Shown piece by piece: positions 32,157 through 35,732 of a stretch of 35,732 bases of DNA; the first letter of the stretch is position 1; each line of letters starts with the position of its first letter. Source of the stretch: Candidatus Limiplasma sp. (GTDB lineage: Bacteria > Bacillota > Clostridia > Christensenellales > Aristaeellaceae). The position numbers were made by a program, and so were the translations under genes. The notes beneath the pieces are model-generated. The model saw only the letters and a program-made list of their open reading frames with translations, had not been told where the DNA came from and did no database searches. The stretch spans positions 1 through 35,732 of the forward strand of contig JAZKYW010000147.1 of assembly GCA_045612325.1 (NCBI GenBank). The letters run 5' to 3'.

Positions 32157-33077
32157 TTAAATACCCAGCACAGCCGTAGCCACCACGATGAACAGGGGCA
32201 TCATGATGATGGAAACAGAGGTGCACAGCGCAACGATTTTGCAGGCATAAGGGTAGTCGCCTCCGTGCATTTGTGCGTAGACCGCAACGTTGGAGCCGAC
32301 CGCCGTGGAGGAGGAGATGAGCACCGCCATGCGGATGGTGTTGTCGATGGGGAAGAGGCTGAATACCAGCACGGTGATGAGGGGCATCAGCCAAAGGCGA
32401 ACAACGCTCAGCAGGTACAGTTTGGGCGTGGTGATGAGCGTGGTGATCTTGGTCTGTGCCAGATAAACGCCGAGGATGAGCATGGCAAGCGGGCCGTTGA
32501 GGTCTGCGATGCCCTTCATGGCGCCCGAGATAACGCCGGGCAGTTTGGTGCCCAGGCCTGTGACGAACAGCACAAAACCAATCAGCGTGGACAGGATAAA
32601 GGGGTTGGTTTTGAACAGCTTGAAAGACAGCTTTGCCTGCTGCCCGCCGATGACTTTTTCGCCCCACTGCCACTGCAGAATGTTGACGAATACCAGCATG
32701 CCGCAGAGGAAGAACACAGCCTCCTCACCAAGCGCGGCGGTGACCAGCGGTATGCCGATAAAGCCTGCGTTGGAAAAGGCGACGGCAAAGCGGTCGATGG
32801 CATTCTTGCGGAAGATGAGCTTGGAAACGTTGGTGGAAATGAGCAGCGCGACTGCGGAAAGCACAAAGCTCTGGGCCAGCATCCACAGCTTTTCAACGCT
32901 GAATTCCACGCAGAAAGCGCGGATGACCACCACGGGGATGATGAGCCACATGAGCAGCGTAGCCAGCGTTTTGGAGCCGTCCAGCGTCATTTTGCCGCAT
33001 TTGAACAAACACCAGCCAATGCCCATGTAAGTGGCCATGGTCAGCGTCTGTTTAAGGATGATAAGAGCCATATCCAT
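32157..33077 (-). CDS. AEC-family (auxin efflux carrier / malate-permease-like) transporter
   Basis: 306 aa with about 10 TM helices. MDMALIILKQTLTMATYMGIGWCLFKCGKMTLDGSKTLATLLMWLIIP is a typical AEC N-terminus. GGGAGG lies 10 nt upstream. Confidence 0.75.
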   Translation of the reverse strand: MDMALIILKQTLTMATYMGIGWCLFKCGKMTLDGSKTLATLLMWLIIPVVVIRAFCVEFSVEKLWMLAQSFVLSAVALLISTNVSKLIFRKNAIDRFAVAFSNAGFIGIPLVTAALGEEAVFFLCGMLVFVNILQWQWGEKVIGGQQAKLSFKLFKTNPFILSTLIGFVLFVTGLGTKLPGVISGAMKGIADLNGPLAMLILGVYLAQTKITTLITTPKLYLLSVVRLWLMPLITVLVFSLFPIDNTIRMAVLISSSTAVGSNVAVYAQMHGGDYPYACKIVALCTSVSIIMMPLFIVVATAVLGI

Positions 33078-33096
33078 GAATGATAAGCCTCCCTGA

Positions 33097-34188
33097 TTAC
33101 TCGTAGATGCGCGCCGGACGGGCGGTCAGGCGGCAGAGGATCTCGTTTTTGTTGCAGCCTGCCAGCTGTGCGGCTTCGGCTGCGGAGAGGGTGTTGGCGG
33201 TGCCGTCGCCATAGATGGTTACTTCGTCGCCTTCCTCAACGCCGGGTACGTCCGTCACATCCGCCACACACTGGTCCATGCACATAATGCCCACCAGCGG
33301 ACATTTGCAGCCGCGGATGGTCACATAGCCCTTGCCGCCCAGCGCACGGGGATAGCCATCCGCATAGCCGAAGGGCAACGTGGCGATCACGGAGGGGCGC
33401 TCGGCTACCCAGTCAAGGTCGTAGCCAACGCCATCGCCCGCGCTGATGTGCCTGATACGGGCGATGCGCGTGTGCATGCTCATTACGGGCTTGACGGTGA
33501 TGGCGTCGCTTTCAAAGCCCTTCATACCGTAGAGGATGGCGCCGGGGCGAATCATATCCAGACGGAAATCGGGATAATCCACGGCGCTGATGCTGTCGGC
33601 AATGTGGCGGTAACGGAAGGTGTGCCCTTCTGCTTCAAGGGCGTTTACAAGGCTCAGAAAGCGTTTCAGCTGTATCTCGTCGGAAGGACGGTCCTTGAGC
33701 GCAAGGTGGCTGTAAATGCCTTCTGCGTGCAGATACGGGGTGCGCAGGATGGCGCGCAGCTCGTCAAGGTCGTCCGTGCCGAGACGATTGAAACCGCTTT
33801 CCACTTTGAGATGCACGATGGCTTCGGTGTTCAGCTTTTGGGCGGCAATGCTCAACAGCTGTGCCTGATGCTTGGAAAAGATGGTCAGCGTGATGTTGTT
33901 TTGTACAGCGGTCTCCAACAGCCTGTCGGGCGTGTAGCCAAGCACAAACAGCGGCGCGTCGGGAAAGGCATCGCGCAGGGGCAGCGCTTCCTCGATGCGG
34001 GCAACTGCCAGATAACTTGCGCCGTGAGCAAGCAGCGTGGGGACGATGCCCTCCGCGCCGTGCCCGTAGCCGTTGCCCTTGATGACAGCCATGACGGCAG
34101 TGTTTTTGCCCACAAGCTCACGCAGGGCATCCATGTTTTGAGCAAGCTTTTTCAGCGAAACGCGAATGGTGGTATCGCCGATGATCAT
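33097..34188 (-). CDS. alr: alanine racemase
   Basis: 363 aa. PLP-lysine motif AVIKGNGYGHG and PFGYADGYPR (catalytic Tyr region). The ATG at 34188 overlaps the upstream stop (ATGA), with GGAGGA 6 nt upstream. The track ORF start (34212) is inside the upstream gene. Confidence 0.85.
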   Translation of the reverse strand: MIIGDTTIRVSLKKLAQNMDALRELVGKNTAVMAVIKGNGYGHGAEGIVPTLLAHGASYLAVARIEEALPLRDAFPDAPLFVLGYTPDRLLETAVQNNITLTIFSKHQAQLLSIAAQKLNTEAIVHLKVESGFNRLGTDDLDELRAILRTPYLHAEGIYSHLALKDRPSDEIQLKRFLSLVNALEAEGHTFRYRHIADSISAVDYPDFRLDMIRPGAILYGMKGFESDAITVKPVMSMHTRIARIRHISAGDGVGYDLDWVAERPSVIATLPFGYADGYPRALGGKGYVTIRGCKCPLVGIMCMDQCVADVTDVPGVEEGDEVTIYGDGTANTLSAAEAAQLAGCNKNEILCRLTARPARIYE

Positions 34189-35357
34189 TTTTGTTCCTCC
34201 GCAAGGTTCCATACAGCGGCGCTGAACAAAGCAAGACCCGTGACCATGCAGCCTTCATCGGGCGCGAAGAACTCGCTGTGCAGCATCTGCGGGGGCTGAC
34301 CGGGCGCAGTGGTACCGATGTTGAAATAGCAGCCCCTGGCGGCGTTGGAGAAGTAGGCAAAATCGTCCGCGCCCATGCTGGGGGTCTCGTAGACGTGTAC
34401 CTTATCCGCGCCGAGAATGCGGCGGGCTTCTTCCATCACGGCATAGGTGAGGGGCGCGTCATTGGTCAGCGCGGGGAAGTCATCCGTCAGTTCGACATCT
34501 GCTTCCGCGCCGCAGGCGATGGCGGTGTTTTCCACCACGCGGCGGATCTGCTCCTTGGCTTTGACGGCGGTATCCATATCCAGAACGCGCACCGTGCCCT
34601 GCAAAGTGACTTCGCCGGGGATGATGTTGCGCTTGGTGCCGCCGTGAATGGCACCGATGGTGACGATGATGGGCGTGGTGGGGGCAACGCCGCGGCTGCT
34701 GATCATCTGCAGGGCGGTGATGATATGCGCGGCGGCAACGATGGGGTCAACGCCCTGCTCGGGATGCGCGCCGTGGCAGCCTACGCCGCGCACGGTGATA
34801 TCCAGATTGATGACCGCGGCGTTCATTTTGCCGGGCAGGAAGCCCACAGAGCCAACAGGCAGCGTGGGGTCTACGTGCAGGGCCAGTACCTTATCCACCA
34901 CAGGATCAAGCATGCATCCGCCGTTTACCATGATCTCCGCGCCGCCGACGGTTTCCTCGGCGGGCTGGAAAAACAGCTTGACCATGCAGGGCAGTTCATC
35001 CTCCATGGATTTGAACAGCTGAGCAGCGCCCAAAAGCACCGCGGTGTGGATGTCATGGCCGCAGGCGTGCATCACGCCGGGCACTTCGGAGGCGTAAGGC
35101 AGCCCCGTTGCCTCGGTCACGGGCAGCGCGTCGATATCGCCGCGGATGCCGACAGCGCGTTCGCCCTTGCCGATCATGGCGCAGACGCCGCCGTATTCAT
35201 AGGTGATGTAGGGGATAGCCAGCGCATCCAGACGGGAACGGATGAGGGCGAGGGTGTTGTGCTCCTCGCCCGACAGTTCCGGATGCAGATGCAGTTCGCG
35301 GCGCAGGGCGACCATATCGGGAAATACGCTGCGCGCCAAAGCAAGATGATCCTTCAT
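34185..35357 (-). CDS. M20D-family amidohydrolase (N-acyl-L-amino-acid amidohydrolase / hippurate-hydrolase type)
   Basis: 390 aa. LRRELHLHPELSGEEHNT, MHACGHDIHTAVLLGAA and FQPAEE are M20D signatures. Confidence 0.85.
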   Translation of the reverse strand: MKDHLALARSVFPDMVALRRELHLHPELSGEEHNTLALIRSRLDALAIPYITYEYGGVCAMIGKGERAVGIRGDIDALPVTEATGLPYASEVPGVMHACGHDIHTAVLLGAAQLFKSMEDELPCMVKLFFQPAEETVGGAEIMVNGGCMLDPVVDKVLALHVDPTLPVGSVGFLPGKMNAAVINLDITVRGVGCHGAHPEQGVDPIVAAAHIITALQMISSRGVAPTTPIIVTIGAIHGGTKRNIIPGEVTLQGTVRVLDMDTAVKAKEQIRRVVENTAIACGAEADVELTDDFPALTNDAPLTYAVMEEARRILGADKVHVYETPSMGADDFAYFSNAARGCYFNIGTTAPGQPPQMLHSEFFAPDEGCMVTGLALFSAAVWNLAEEQK

Positions 35358-35363
35358 ATGCTG

Positions 35364-35732
35364 TTAATCCTCGCGTTTGCCGTTGATGAACACGGCCTTG
35401 GTCTTGGTAAGGTAGTGGAAGGGGTGACCGGTGTAAACAACGATGTCCGCATCCTTGCCAACGGCGATGGAGCCGATGCGCTCGTCCACGCCCGCAGCCT
35501 TGGCGGCGTTGATGGTGATGGAGCGGAAAGCAGCGTCCTCGTCAAGGCCTTCGCGCACGGTGATGGAGGCCAGATGGGGCAAAAGCCACAGCGCTACAAC
35601 ATCATGGTCGGTACACAGAGCAAACTCAACGCCCGCGGCATTGAGAGCCGCGCCGATGGCCAGCGTGCCGCCCGTGGTTTCGGGCTTGCCGGAGGGGCCG
35701 ATGCAGGGGCCTACGATGGGAATGATACCCGC
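35364..35732 (-). CDS. metal-dependent amidohydrolase-superfamily protein, 5'-truncated at window edge
   Basis: The frame is open to nt 35732 (AGIIPIVGPCIGPSGKPETTGG...LCTDHDVV...). The C-terminal IGSIAVGKDADIVVYTGHPF...INGKRED is typical of amidohydrolase_1/3 enzymes. Its stop lies 6 nt before the M20D start. Confidence 0.65.
   Translation of the reverse strand, partial: AGIIPIVGPCIGPSGKPETTGGTLAIGAALNAAGVEFALCTDHDVVALWLLPHLASITVREGLDEDAAFRSITINAAKAAGVDERIGSIAVGKDADIVVYTGHPFHYLTKTKAVFINGKRED

Noticed and set aside
32265-34299. Plus-strand ORFs 32265-33083, 32476-33030 and 33448-34299
   Set aside because: They are antisense to the AEC permease and alr, with a composition typical of antisense frames.
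1-35732. CRISPR arrays, tandem repeat arrays, rRNA, reverse transcriptase/retron or DGR components
   Set aside because: None were found. The only repeats seen are the short peptide-coding repeats in the CotH-like gene, the 14-bp operator boxes, the tRNA-Arg 5' halves and terminator palindromes.

Overview
High-GC (about 57-70% in hand-counted 60-nt lines) chromosomal segment that looks like an anaerobic Firmicute of the Clostridia (Oscillospiraceae/Ruminococcaceae-like). This rests on GGAGG-type RBSs, SigA TTGACA-17-TATAAT promoters, a T-box leader, [FeFe]-hydrogenases, a SpoIIE-type phosphatase and a clostridial-type Rex box. I call 27 CDS (2 truncated by the window edges), 2 single tRNA-Arg genes, 1 T-box riboswitch, and many intrinsic terminators and promoters. 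Content from left to right: (1) a CotH-like protein and three transporters; (2) tRNA-Arg(CCT), an S9 peptidase, alpha-galactosidase-like GH #1 and tRNA-Arg(CCG); (3) an ArsB/NhaD-type permease, a DUF3006-like small protein, and two more GH-D paralogs flanking a PHP metallohydrolase; (4) an M20 dipeptidase divergent from a 1050-aa secreted clostripain (C11)-like protein, which is followed by a LysR gene; (5) a five-gene putative H2-sensing operon (APH-fold kinase, Trx-like [2Fe-2S] ferredoxin, HydS-type sensory [FeFe]-hydrogenase with PAS, PP2C/SpoIIE phosphatase, group-B [FeFe]-hydrogenase) whose promoter -10 overlaps a near-consensus Rex box; (6) a roughly 1.4-kb low-GC (30-43%) two-gene island (XRE repressor divergent from a zinc-ribbon / helical / Cys-rich C-terminal-domain protein) with duplicated 14-bp operator-like boxes; (7) T-box-controlled proS; (8) a second low-GC cassette encoding an APH-family kinase; (9) an amidohydrolase - M20D - alr - AEC-permease operon. 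The best candidates for something new are the H2-sensor/kinase/phosphatase operon with its Rex box and the low-GC XRE + zinc-ribbon island. No CRISPR array, integrase, transposase or reverse transcriptase was seen. All calls come from reading the sequence and the ORF track. No homology search was run, so family names are motif-based and start codons may be off by a few codons.
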